From: Eledone cirrhosa
Lineage: Eukaryota
Assembly: GCA_964016885.1 (NCBI GenBank)
Contig: OZ024742.1
Location: 155,744,001-155,808,000 of the forward strand
Direction: 5' to 3'
DNA length: 64,000 nt
Shown here in pieces: positions 14,320-30,775 of this stretch (the stretch's first letter is position 1; each line of letters opens with the position of its first letter). The translations under genes and the position numbers were made by a program. The notes beneath the pieces were generated by a model, which saw only the letters and a list, made by a program, of their open reading frames with translations, made no database searches and was not told where the DNA came from.

Positions 14320-15830
14320 GTTAGGCACAAGGCCTGCAATAAACCAGTGCATTACTGGTACTTTATTTTATCGACCCCGTAAGGATGAAAGGCAAAGTTA
14401 ACCTTGGCTGGATTTGAAATCAGAAAGGCAAGGGCCGTAACTCTATACGTCAAAGCATGGCGTCCGAACCTCTACCAATGCTGCCAATCCACGTTAATAA
14501 TAATTTATATTTCAAATACAGAAACAGCAAAGATGGCGGAAGATATTATTTGGTTTATTCAACCTGGGTAAGAGGGGAATCTTTATTTTATCGACCCAGA
14601 ATGCATAAAGTTGACCACGGCAAGATTTTAACTCAGAACGTAATGAGACGTAACAAAATGAATATATGTCCACTTTCATACATCAAGTTCAAATTAGAAT
14701 TTGAAAAGAGATAAATAAAGAACCCCATTTCCTCTTCCATTTTTACGGCAGGTCGAAGCATTGAAAAAATTATGATTGAAAAATTAGCATTGAAAAAATT
14801 ATGTTGAAAATATACCGATTGGTATACTCTTAATGTCAACCTTTTCTATGTATGTGTTTAGCATTCTAGATAACCTGGCTAAATGATTGAATATATATGA
14901 TATTATTTCTGAAAATAATATGTGGTACAAAGTAAAGTGATCTCTATGAACCTTGTTGGAGGTAGAAAATAATTATCATTATTTATTGGCAATATCGGTA
15001 GAGTGTCGTACACTTTGCTTTGAAGCATAGAGTTGCGTCCCTTTATGATCTGAGTTCAAATCCCGCCGAGGTTAACTTTGCCTTTCATTCTTACGGGGTC
15101 GATAAAATAAAGTACCAGTAATGCACTGGGTATTTGCTGGCTGTGTGCCAAATATAGAAACAATTATTTATTAATTTGATAGCGTTGGATTAGCAGTATC
15201 GATAGAGCGTCGGACAACATGCCTTGCTACGGACCTTTACGTTCTGGGTTTACATCCCGCCGAAGTTAACTTTGCCTTTCATTCTTACGGGTTCAATAAA
15301 ATAAAACACCAATAACGTCCTGGGTCGATGTAATCGACTTTTCCCTCTCACAATATTACTGGCCTTGTGCCTATACTAAAAATTATTATTTATTAATTTG
15401 ATGCCGTTGGATTGGCAGTATCGATAAGCCTCGGACAACATGCTTTGCAGCAACGAGCTACACCTCTTTATGCTTTGAGTTTAAATCCCGCCGAATTAGC
15501 TGTGCCTTTCATCCTTACGAGGTCGATAAAATAAAGCACCTGTAATGCACTAGGATCGATTTAATCGACTTTCTTCTCCCTCCAAATTGCTGACATTGTG
15601 CCTATAGTAGAAATAGTTATTTCTTAATTTGAAGGTTGGCGGGTTGGAAGAATGTGCAGAGCCAAGGTAAAATGTTATTGCGGTCTATTTTTTGGCTCCT
15701 TACAATCTGCGTTGAAATCTTACTGAGATAACTTTTCTTTTCATCTTGCCGGGGCCGATAAATTAATATTACATTCAAATGCTACTCTGACCCCCTATGC
15801 ACTTCATTTAAATTTGCTAGTGTTGTCCCT
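14320..15830. mobile_element. Cluster of SINE-like repeats (about two on -, then ~4 tandem ~190-240-bp copies on +)
   Basis: Recurrent TTCAAATCCCGCCGAGGTTAACTTTGCCTTTCATTCTTACGGGGTCGATAAAATAAAGTACCAGT; further pieces at 43437-43527 and 59055-59120. Confidence 0.7.
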
Positions 15831-17574
15831 AAATTAGGAATGAATATTTATGTATGTCAAATGCTACATTAAAAATACCATATCGTTTTAAAGAATATTG
15901 TTACATGTACTAATGATAGGACATCGTCAAAGGCACATTCTTATCTCAGAATTGTAGGCTTTTCGAAGAAAGGAATCTGGAACATCGTATACATTCGTTG
16001 TATGGTACGCAGATAACGTCTTCTCGGAAAATATGTGCGTATATATCTTTATTCATCATTAAGCACCATAATTAAGAATATAAATAAGATAAACTCAAAT
16101 GCTAAAAATGAAAGAATGATTCAAAAGGCATTAAGTCATGGTTCCATGCAGAAATTTGTAAGCTTAGAATTGGCACACGATTCATACATTATGTTGAATT
16201 ATAAGAATATGTACTGTTTCTTAAAAGTGAAAATGAGATTGATATTTTTCAAATGTTCCAAAAATAGAAAACATGAAGCATTTTATTACGTTAAGCGTTT
16301 AAGGAAATTCAATGAAAGTCATTTCGACCGTTTAAAAGCATTTACGAATTCCTAAAATGATGTTTCCTAATATGTTGGAAAATGTTATACTTTCCCCAAA
16401 ATTAAACGGGGAATAACATGATTTTAAGAATTATTATAACGTTGCAATTGCAGAAGAGTGAGACACTTACAGTAATCACCCCTTAAAACTTAAAGTATTC
16501 ATTCAGTGATATTTTGAATTTGAAATTGAATTCCAAATTGAGAAATCCTTTTAAAGAAGAAGTATTCCTGATCAAGCCGAAAATGCACAATTTTACAAGA
16601 TATAATTTGAGAAGTGATGTCTATAAAAACCCAAAGAATTTCAATGCAGAAATGCGATATTCTTTTTCTCAACACCGAGTGCAATTTTCTCATTTACTAG
16701 AAAGTAATTTTAATAAATTGCATTGTATTATTCTATCAAAAAGGTTATATTATCTTATGTAGTTATATATATATTATGATCATGATCTGAGACAAAATGT
16801 ATTTGATCATAGCTCTGCTTTACCAGTGCTGATATATATGTAGTATCTGACAGAAACTCGAATCTAAATATGAATCACGTCCTTCGTATATAGGGTCGCA
16901 TGAAGTAGTAGACATATGTCCCTAAATCACACCTTACTGTCTTTGAAAAGAAAAATAAATATCGGATTACGTAATCATAGATATGTTTTTATAAAGATGG
17001 AATGGTAACTTTTGAAAACGCTTGAAACTTAGCTTTGCTCAGTTACACGAACAGCATGGCTTTCAAATTAGATATATCTTTTATTGTTTTAGATGTCTAA
17101 TAAAGTTAGATTAGTGAACGAAATATAAGTAATCATTGAAAAATTTCCTGATTGAAATATGAATTCTAATATAATCTAAAATAAATACCTGACAAGATAT
17201 ATACTTACAGTTAACAAAACAAATTATTATAGGTCATATTTTCTGAGAAAAAATCATGGAAAGAAGTGATTATTCTCAACCATCGAAAACAACAATCTTT
17301 TATAATTTCAGACATCGTGAAAACAATATATTTAGAATATTGGGAAATGTATAAAGATCAATCATACAATTATTGATTACTAACACTGGCACAGGGTCTT
17401 TTAATTTGAGGGAGGGACATTACCTATATATATTGTCTCGAGTATTTTCCTGCATCGTATGTGCAAGGAAGTACAAGACAATTTGACTCCAGACGTTTGA
17501 GTACCATGTGAAGGAATTTGATTAAATACGGCAAGATATTCAGTCAAACTCTTTATAAACTGTGACTATTTCTG

Positions 17575-17880
17575 TTACAACGACATTGATTCTAATTGAT
17601 ACGACCAAGGGAATAGCCTGCGCATGAAATTAGCGTGCAAATAACTAGGCATTCCACAGATACGCGAGCCCTTAACATAGTTCTCGGGGATATTCAACGA
17701 GACACAGAGTATGAACATGCTGACTCTCCGAAATACAGGTTCAACTCGATTTTGGTTGTGGACTGAACCAATGGGAAATAAAGTGTCTTGTTCTAGAACA
17801 CAATATGTCACCGGAAATTAAATTAACGACCTTACGATCGTGAGTCGAATACACTAACCACTAAGCTACGTTCCTTCACA
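17575..17880 (-). mobile_element. tRNA-derived SINE (degenerate)
   Basis: Minus strand starts GTAGCTTAGTGGTTAG (A-box-like), then a decayed B-box and AACAAGACACTT core. Confidence 0.55.
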
Positions 17881-19080
17881 ACTCAACTTTTTACTGATTA
17901 CATCATTGCACTACTGTAATATAACATTTATATCAAACATAGATTTTAAAACACGTATCTTATATTTAGATGATATTTTAATGGCATCCAAGCCTCTGTC
18001 CACTTTCAGCTGCACAAATATCCCTTAAAAAACTACACCATTGTTTTCTCCTCAACCACAACCAATAAGACCACGTCAGCAAGTTTACGGGTGTCGTCTT
18101 ACATTCAGTACATCTTTTTTGATCAGTGATTCTTATCACACATCGTATGGAATAATCATGATATGGAATAAGTCAACAAAATCAATGAAACAAACTTGAA
18201 ACATCCTGGGCAATGAGGAAACAAATCGATAAGGAGCGGGAAAAAAAGTGGAGCGCGAGGAAAACGGTGGGGGGATCAATATTGTGTGGAAGCGGAGTAA
18301 GTGATAATGTGTAAGACACATGTACAACACTCATTATTTAATATAGTTTAAAGAGTATATCGTATTAAATATATGTAATTATGTATATTTGAAACGTGAA
18401 ACCTAGTAATAAAAATAGTTCCAGCAACGAAACAGTTATTTCTAAACAGGTATTGTATATATGTTTATCTGCAATCCGATGTTCTATCAAGTTCTTATCC
18501 AGCTGGGAATGAAAAACATGAATAAAACGTTTGATTATATATTTTGTATGCTATGTGACAGGTAAGAAATTAAGATTTCTCTAAAACTCCTAACATGTGA
18601 GGTAACCCACACAAAGTTTCATTTGATACACTGATATTTCCGTTAATGTTAAAACGGTTGCTGTTTGACAGAACTAATAGTGCCTCGATAGATATCTTTC
18701 GCAATAAATCACATGAATTTACCAACTAAATTCAAATAACGTCATGAACCCCATTGTTATTACCTGCACGATATAGATAATATAATTGAATAGATATGTA
18801 TCAGTTTACTGATAAGATCGCAACTGTAAGGTCGTCTGCTTATGTAGATATGCCTTATAATGCTTTGAAAGTGTACACTGTCCACCATATAAAAGAATAT
18901 AATATATATACATAATATAGTTATTCATATATACAGACAAGTTCTATCTTACACCAGCATAATTTGGAGAGAATAAATAATCAAATAGGAATATATATTC
19001 GCACGAAACATTTTATTAACAGTTATATATATAAGTATATACAAACACGCAAACACACACACACACTCACACATACGCAA

Positions 19081-19153
<73 letters not shown>

Positions 19154-19567
19154 TACATAGAATATAGTAGCACGTCATCAATTTTTTTTCTTTTTGAAGT
19201 TTGGTTCAAGTATGCAAAGGAAAAAATATTATCTTCAGATTTGTAATATTTTAATGAGATTTCGTAAGAATTTATCAGCGTGTGTTTCCAAGAGAAATGT
19301 TAAGCAATATAGGGAATGAAGATAATGTTCCAGACACGAGATTATAACTTTCGTTTTATCTTGAATATATTACTTGGTGAATGTCTTTATTTACAGGCGG
19401 CGAATTGGCATTGTTCATTTAGGCTCTGTGCGCTCTGTGTTCAAAACTAACTGAGCTTATTCGTTTTATCGTTGAGATATCGAATTAAAACATTACCTAT
19501 CATGTACTGTGATCAATTACTCCCATATATCTGCTTCTCATCTCTTCTCTATCACAATTTATCCCCG

Positions 19568-19638
<71 letters not shown>

Positions 19639-20271
19639 CTACATATGTATTATGTTCTACAAGGTTGACATTCGGCAAATATTCGAATTTGTTGGCCTTA
19701 TACCAACACATGCAGTGTCTCATCTTGTTGTAATTAAGCATATCTGGAAGTAACTATATTACAAAATGGCAGACTAAATGAGTTGTACATAGGCAAATGA
19801 GTATTACCATAATGCCACCTTTATTTAAAGTGATTCTACACAATATATTCCACAGATTGAGTGCTCCAACCCCTGGTATCTAGCACCATTATCATTTCAC
19901 GAAATCAACATGGATATATATATATATGGATTTGTTAGATCAGCAGATATTGATGAACGAACTTATTAATTTGATTTTGAAATTTGTTCAAAAACAAAAC
20001 AGAGAATAACAAGAAAAAATACAGAATACATGTAAGTAAAGATTAAATGTTCTCTAGTTTATATGCCGTTGAGCAATGGTTTTTCCGATGTTTTCAGACT
20101 ACGAAATATTTTGATGATAGTGATAAAAAAACTTTTTCTTATTTAGTGCATATTACAGTGGTCTGTAATATGACTTCAACTTATGAATGTGTAGAATGTT
20201 AATATTAAAAAGAGTTAGAAAACTAGCCAATGGGGATAGATATATAGATAGATAGATAGATAGATATATAG

Positions 20272-23200
20272 ATTTCTTTATTTGCCACAGGGGCGGACTA
20301 AATGTAACATTACAAGACGTGACGGCGGGGGTTTTACATAAAAATAACTTTAACTTTAATAAATAACAATAAACTATCTATATATATATAAAACTGAGGA
20401 TGTTTGTCTCTGTGTGTGTGAGTTCGAATCCCTGAAACTCGAGAACCACCAAACCGACTGTTTTCAAACTTTAAACATGTAATACTTATGTTTAAGGGAG
20501 TCTTTTGAGCAAAGGTAATTTCAAATCTTCAATGCCATAGGGACCGGATTAGGCAATTTAGCGATCTCGCTCTATCATTCTTAGTCTTTCTCTTTTTAGA
20601 TAGATACATACATATAACGCCGCGCCCCTATAATATCTGTCTGTATGTCTGTCTGTCTGCATCACGTCACTTCCCTGTGGATGTCTGTCTGCATGTGTGT
20701 GTGTGTCTGTGAGTTTGAATACCTAAAACTCGAGAAGTACCCAACCGATTTTTTTCAAACTTTACATGTGTATTACTTATGTTTCAGGGAGTGTTACGCA
20801 CATACAGATTCAACTTTTTTTTATCTCCTAGGACCCGCATTACGTGAAAAACTGCGTTTTAAAAGATTTGTAAAGGTTTTTTGAGGCGTTACGTCAGTCC
20901 GATTTCCTTTAAATTTTAACTATGTATTAGTCAGTCTCTTCTCCATATGGCCTAAGGTAAAAAACATCATTTTTCAGCTTCTTAGGGCTTTTTGGAGGCG
21001 TTACGTCTAGCCGATTTCCCCGAAAATCCAAGGCATATTATGCACATAAAAAAAATTCATTTTCTTGATCCCCTAGAGCCCGCATTATGTGAAATCTTGC
21101 ATTTTTCCTGCTTCATCGAGGAAAATCTTAAAGATTATCCAGCCATCTGAGTATTCGGTTTATTTTCTTTACATATTCTCCAGGCATGCATGTTTTCCAC
21201 GATTAGGTCTGTTGGTGGTCCGCGTTCCAAAATATATTATCCTGTGAAACGCCAGGTACTACTGCTAGTATATAATAAAATAACAATAAATTATACATAA
21301 TAAAATAACTATTGAAATCCTCAATAGGGGAAACGTTACTGCAGGGTGTTTTACACCCCGTGGATAGGAACACGTTTTGTAGGTGTTCCTGTCTTCCCTC
21401 TTGTTATCTTCCTCAATTTACAGGTTTATATACAGAGAAAGTCCATTCACTCGGGCCATTTTTGCCACATTCACCCACCTTTCAGCGAATTTACTGGGGT
21501 GTAGCACCTCTCTCTCCACTCTCACCTTCATTCTGAACTGATACATAAAGAAGGGGATAAGTTTTTGTCCGGAGAGAAAGGTGTTTGCCCTCAGTCCTTT
21601 TAACCTCGTCCACCATATTACCTCTTTCGCCATAGCCACCAGACAGAGGAAAACTGCCTCTCCTTCGTTCTTAAATGAAGGCGGCGGGGTGATCTTCACG
21701 ATGGACTCGGTTGACGACTGGATGCGTCCCACACGTGACAGCAGTTGTTCGACATAATTCCACAGGTCCGTCACGCCTGGGTACTGAATAGTTGCGTGCA
21801 GAACGTTTTCGATGTCCTGCTCGTATCTTGGACAGGTCCTTTTGGCAGGATCTCTTTCTACCAGGGCGTCCTGTAGATTTTGTCTCGAACAGGTAGAGCT
21901 GCTCGGTAGCACGGCCAGGCCAGACACCTCTGGAAGTTAACCATAGGCCCTGGACGGAAAGTCCTCCCAAACAGACTGTTCAGTTCGTCCTCCTCCATGC
22001 CTAGAGTTTCCCCGAGAACGTCGTCTCACTTATCCTCCACTAATCCCCTATAGAATGTCGAAGTGGAGTCTCCGCTGATTGCTGTTTCCGCTTGGTAGAG
22101 GGCTATGAGCGCCTGAAGGCACTCGAGGTACCAGGCACCCATTTTCGGTCTTCGCTTGACCCAGGACTGCAGCTCTGTTAGTGAGACGAGTTGTAGAAGA
22201 GCATGTCTCACAAACGACAGCCACACCGGTTCACCGGTCAGGAATACCTGGAGATGACGTAGCCTCAGGGCGTGTTTGTGTATCATCAGCACGGCATGTC
22301 CATCCCTCCGTTAGAAGGGTGTTAACAACAGATGGATCTCCTCACCAATGGAGCCTGTTTCTTCCAGAGGAACCTGAAGAGTAGGCATTCCATTTTGGTA
22401 ACGTATTCGCTGGAGCATGGCACGACTGTCAAACGGTAGTAGATGACGGACGCTACGTAAGTGTTCGCCACCTCCACTCAACATTTCAAGGAGAGTTTGC
22501 ACTCAGACCACTTCTAGGTGAGTGCAATCACCTTCGCCGTGACCTCGTTCCAATTCTTGTCCACCTGGAGGTCTGGACAAAACCAGACCCCGAGCAATTT
22601 CACCGGTCCTTCCGTCCAACGTCCAACGACACTGTCGGAAGGCATGGGTTTGCTTCTCCATGTGCCGAGTTGCAAACTGACAGACTTGTTTGTGTTTAAT
22701 CTTGCTCCTGTCAACGATTCTTATTCCTGTAATAGGTTGCCGATTACCACAATTTCCGAGGTTTTCGACAAAATTACTGTTATGTCGTCGGCATAGGACG
22801 ACGCTGCTTTCAGCAGTCCTGGTTCGATCGGTATGCCCTGCAACAGTTCCAACTTCCATAGTAATGACTCGATTGTCACTACATACAGAATGGAGGAGAG
22901 AGGGCATCATTGATGGATGGAACACATGATTTGGAATGGCTCTGATAGTTAGCCATAAACCTGGACTGCCGAGCAGATGCTGGGGTGCATGGCAGCGATG
23001 CAGCCTCTTAAGACGGGATCGAAGCCGGCCGCCTTGAGAACTGTTTCCAAGTATTGATCGTCGACCCTATAAAATGCTTTAGACTGATCTAATATGATCA
23101 GAGCCCCACCGAAGCCAGGTTTACACCTACACTCTCTATGATGTATCGCATGAGGTGGAGGTTGTCGTGTATGGACCTGGTCGGGATTGCACACGTTTGG

Positions 23201-25020
23201 GCTCCCCCATCAGGTTCACGGCAACAAGCGCCAGCCTTGCTGCTAACACCTTGGCCAAAATATTTAACTCTGTGTTGAGCACAGTTATGGCCTTGAAATT
23301 GCTTATCTCATCCCCTTTGTTCTCATCTTTCCTGATAGCGTTACTACTCCTCTGCCTACAGAACTGGGAATACTCCTGTTCTGCTGCCAGTTGCAGTAGA
23401 CCGACCGCTTCGAGGACGCCAGAGAACAAGTCTGGCTTTCCTATGTAAAATCATAGTGTAGACCATCTAAACCGGGTGATTTGCGTTTCCCGCAGCGGCG
23501 TAGGGCATCTTCTATTTCGCCTGTTGTGACCGGCTTCGCAGCTCTCTGCAACCGCACTCGAAAGTCGTGGTACGCCGTTGAGGTAGGAGCTGAAGTCCAT
23601 CACCTCGCTCGATGTACCCCTTTGCCCGAACAGTCGTGCAAAATGCTGCTGGAAGGCCGTGCACATCTTCTTGGATTCAAGTATAATGCGTCCATCTTTG
23701 TCTTGCAAAGAAAGAATTGTGGAATTGTTGTGCCACTTTTCGCCTCTGCCACTCGGGCCCACCTAACAGATTTGGCTCCCTTGATTCTTAGAGCAAGTGT
23801 TCTACTTCTGACAATACAACCTTCGTGTTTCACGTTGAAGAAATGGTTTTAGTGCTTTTCTCGCTGATAGAACGTCAGCTGTACTGCCATTCCTAAGTGC
23901 CTCTTCTATTTTAGCTACCAGTTCCTTTTCAGTTTGGTTTTTTTCTAAAACTACTTCCTTGCTAAATTCTATCGATTCTATTTTAATTGCTCTCTTGAGC
24001 TAGCTCCACCACATGTCGTTGACGTTCGCCCCCGTCAACTGGCACTTAACTAAGATGCTAATCCGTTTACTGTAGGCCTTACGCGCCGGGAACGACATGC
24101 TTAGCTTCCAGTATCCGGGTCCCTGTCTATGTGTTCTATCAAGGTTGAATACGCAGGTGACTAATTTGTGGTCTGAATAGGCAACCATGTGCATTTGTGG
24201 ACAGCTTAATGTTTCCTTATCATTCTGTCTAATTTGAAATCTATCTAAATACGATCTAGACGACCCAGTGCGGTTTCTCCACGTCCACAGTGGTGCACTT
24301 GGGAAGTCTAGTCGATATCTATCAGCCAGTTGGAATTGGCTGATGTGATTTTTTTAGGCTATTACACTCCCCTCTATTATCACAAGTTCCTGCATTATCC
24401 CAACGTGCGTCTAAGATCCCATCCCAGTCTCCCGCTAACATTAAGGAGCGAGACGTTCTCAGGAATGGCTCCAGACGCTTGAGGAACTCTGGTCGCGATA
24501 TCCCAGTCGGGGTATATACGGCCACCAGACTGAAAGCTCCACCTTTACTATCATTTACGTCCAGGACCACCAGGCTGCCCTCCGCGTCCAAGTGAATCGT
24601 ATGTATTTTGAGATCCAAGTTTTTTTTTAAATAGAGCAGCAACCCCCCCCCCCCCCCCCCACACACACACCTCTTGGCTGACAGAGAGATGCGTAGATCT
24701 CAAAATCATCTAACATGGGGGTTAGCTGCTGCTTGTCTTGAATGCTAGACTCGGTGATGGCTATCACATCTATACAATGTTACCTGAGATCATTTAAAAG
24801 CTGGCCCTGTTTCCAGGATATGCTCAGGCCACGTACATTCAAACATCGAAGCTTGTATAGTCGCCATGCTGGTGAAGATGAGTTAAGGAGAGAAAATTCA
24901 GGAACACTTACCTTTTCGTTTCCTGTAGATCGGGTTGTTCGATCTCTATGTCCAGATGGGTGGTGTTTGGGGAGGGAGGGAATCATTTAACAGGACGCGT
25001 TTAAGGGGCTTTTGGCAAGG
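20272..25020 (-). mobile_element. L1/Tx1-like LINE ORF2 (APE endonuclease + RT + C-terminus), degenerate, inserted in (GATA)n
   Basis: CLNVRGL, AVYTP, GDWD, SDHKLV, LDQSKAF, SYADDI motifs; 3' end AATAAAGAAATC; (GATA)n at both ends. Confidence 0.85.
20377..21268 (+). mobile_element. Non-autonomous Helitron-like element nested in LINE 3' UTR
   Basis: 5' TC, 3' CTAG preceded by CCTG...CAGG hairpin, inserted between A and T; internal duplication (~20400-20505 / 20690-20790). Confidence 0.65.
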
Positions 25021-25021
25021 G

Positions 25022-25022
25022 G

Positions 25023-25084
<62 letters not shown>

Positions 25085-25089
25085 ATAGG

Positions 25090-25144
<55 letters not shown>
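25022..25144. repeat. (GATA)n microsatellite
   Basis: Direct reading. Confidence 0.95.
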
Positions 25145-26466
25145 CATGATGGATATGTGATTCGAGGAAAGAAGCTAATTGGCTAATTGGCTTCGTGAGG
25201 ATAACAGTTAAAATATATTGAGTTTTAAAAGCTGTGCTACATGTTCGGTTCTATGGAATGATCGGATTTATATTTGTTACGTGCTACGTAAGATTTTACT
25301 GACTGTAAGCGAAAGCATGTAAACAATAAGATTGCTTTACACGCATGTATATGAGGATGAATATGTTTATGTAGATGAAAACGAACATATATACATTTGT
25401 GAGACAGGCACGTAAAAATTAGCATTCACATTAGGCGGCATTATATTATTTGCACCTCCACGAACATGAATGTCACATCGCGACGAAAATGCAATTAAAC
25501 ATTACACAAATATGAGAAAATCATTTATGATATACAGATAATAGCACTCGCCACACACAATGACGAAAAAGAATTGATAATATTATATAATTAGATACAA
25601 ATAGCAGAAATTAATTAAAAACGAAGTTAAATCACTATCAAAATTCACATTCACACATGCAGATGGAGGAGATATGGGTTACAACGGAGACAAGAAAACA
25701 TATTGAATGAACCGTAGGAGATCTCAGGTTTCGGGTACGAAGAGAAATTTTCGTTTGTTGCCATCGTGAGTGTATATTTACTACATCACAATCGAGCAAA
25801 ACTCAAGGAAATTGTTGAGTGGGCAGGTATGTTGAGTGTGGGGGTGCCAAGTAGGGCTATAATACGTTACAGACACTTTTTAAATGCATATCTGTGTAAA
25901 TAGAAATCATTTTAAATGTATGTGAGAAACAGACAAATTAAATTTGAAGAATATAAACAGAAATTACATTTTTTTAAATATAAAAAACAAACGAAATACA
26001 TATCACTTTTTCCCTAAGCAACAAATAATATATACTCAACAAGATTGCAATACCTTCAAATTCCCAGAGAAATAACTGACGTATCTAAAATTTCTTAATC
26101 ATAGTTACCTATTAACGTATGAAATTTAATTTGTAACTGCAAAGATTGTTTTCAAAATGAATTACATGATTTTTTTATATATATATATGTTTAGCGCCTT
26201 CTTCTTGTCTATATTATGATGGATGTTATTTTTACGAGCCAAATATTGCAATGGAATTCAATTTATTTTAATAAATTGTTATAAACTTGACACCACATTG
26301 TAAGATCTAGAATGGCCATCGGGGGTTTTGTTCCCATGTATGTAAATACACACACACACATCAAATACGTACATGCGTGTGTGTGTGTTTCTGCCTGTGT
26401 GTACATTACACACACATATGACACACTTATATATGAATGTATATATATATATAAATATATTATATA

Positions 26467-29862
<3,396 letters not shown>

Positions 29863-30012
29863 TATACTCTGGGAGGGTCATGTTGCCAATAAGAAACACA
29901 CGCACCAGTTGCTTTCACTTCAATTTATTATAATAAATTTATAATAAATTTATAAATTTATGAATTTCTGGTTGGTTGGTTGGTTCCACAACCAGATAGT
30001 TGTTTATATATT

Positions 30013-30055
30013 GTCATAGTTCTTTCGTCACACACTCTGTGACCTCTTCAGTGAC
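30013..30055 (-). ncRNA. Minimal type I HHR (sister copy 33270-33312 + has mutated core CTTAAGA)
   Basis: GTCA-CTGAAGA-G-GTCACA-GAGTG-TGTGAC-GAAA-GAAC-TA-TGAC. Confidence 0.7.
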
Positions 30056-30775
30056 TGGGGATTCCTTTCTTTGTTTCTGTGCCTCTCCTTTGTTCTGTCC
30101 TACGCCATGTTGTTTCTGTGTGTGTGTTGTGTGCTCAGTCTGCGCATGCGCCACATCCGGGTGTCTGTGTGTGTTTATGTTCATTTATTTATTTGTTTAT
30201 TTACATGTTACTGGTTGGTTGTTTGTTCTATGTGTGTGTGTGTTTTCATTTTGTCCTTAATTGTAAGTTGTGATGTTGCTGTTCCACTCATATTTTCTAT
30301 TTAATTTTGGTTGTAATTATTTTATGTTTATTGCCTCTGTGATTTGTCTAAACATTGCGTATTTTCTGTGTGTAGATTCTATTTTTATTTCTATGTTCTC
30401 TAATTTACCCTTGTGTTCTATTTTAGCATGTTGGTAGAGTACAGATGATTCTTTACTATCTTGAAGGTCTCGCCAGTGTTCATTTATCCGTTCCCCTAGA
30501 ATACGAGCTGTCTCACCTATGTACACTATATTTTTGTCTCTACATTGTCCTTCAGTACATCTTATGCTATACACTACATTTCTAGTTTTACAGTTAATAT
30601 GGGGGCTTATTTTACAGGTTATACATTTCTTATCTATACATGAGGGTCTTTAAAAAGGGTATGTCTTGCTAATAAGTGTTTTTACGGAGGTACCTGGTCT
30701 TTCTACTATCTTAATATTGAGTTCGACCTGCGACGAGTCCACGCCACGACTTTACCATTTAACAAACGCACGCAA

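Noticed and set aside
14990-15830. Regularly spaced repeats suggesting a CRISPR-like array
   Set aside because: Whole ~200-bp units are homologous SINE-like copies with no unique spacers or cas genes; eukaryotic context
17820-17880. tRNA gene
   Set aside because: Only an A-box-like head; cloverleaf and B-box decayed; SINE context
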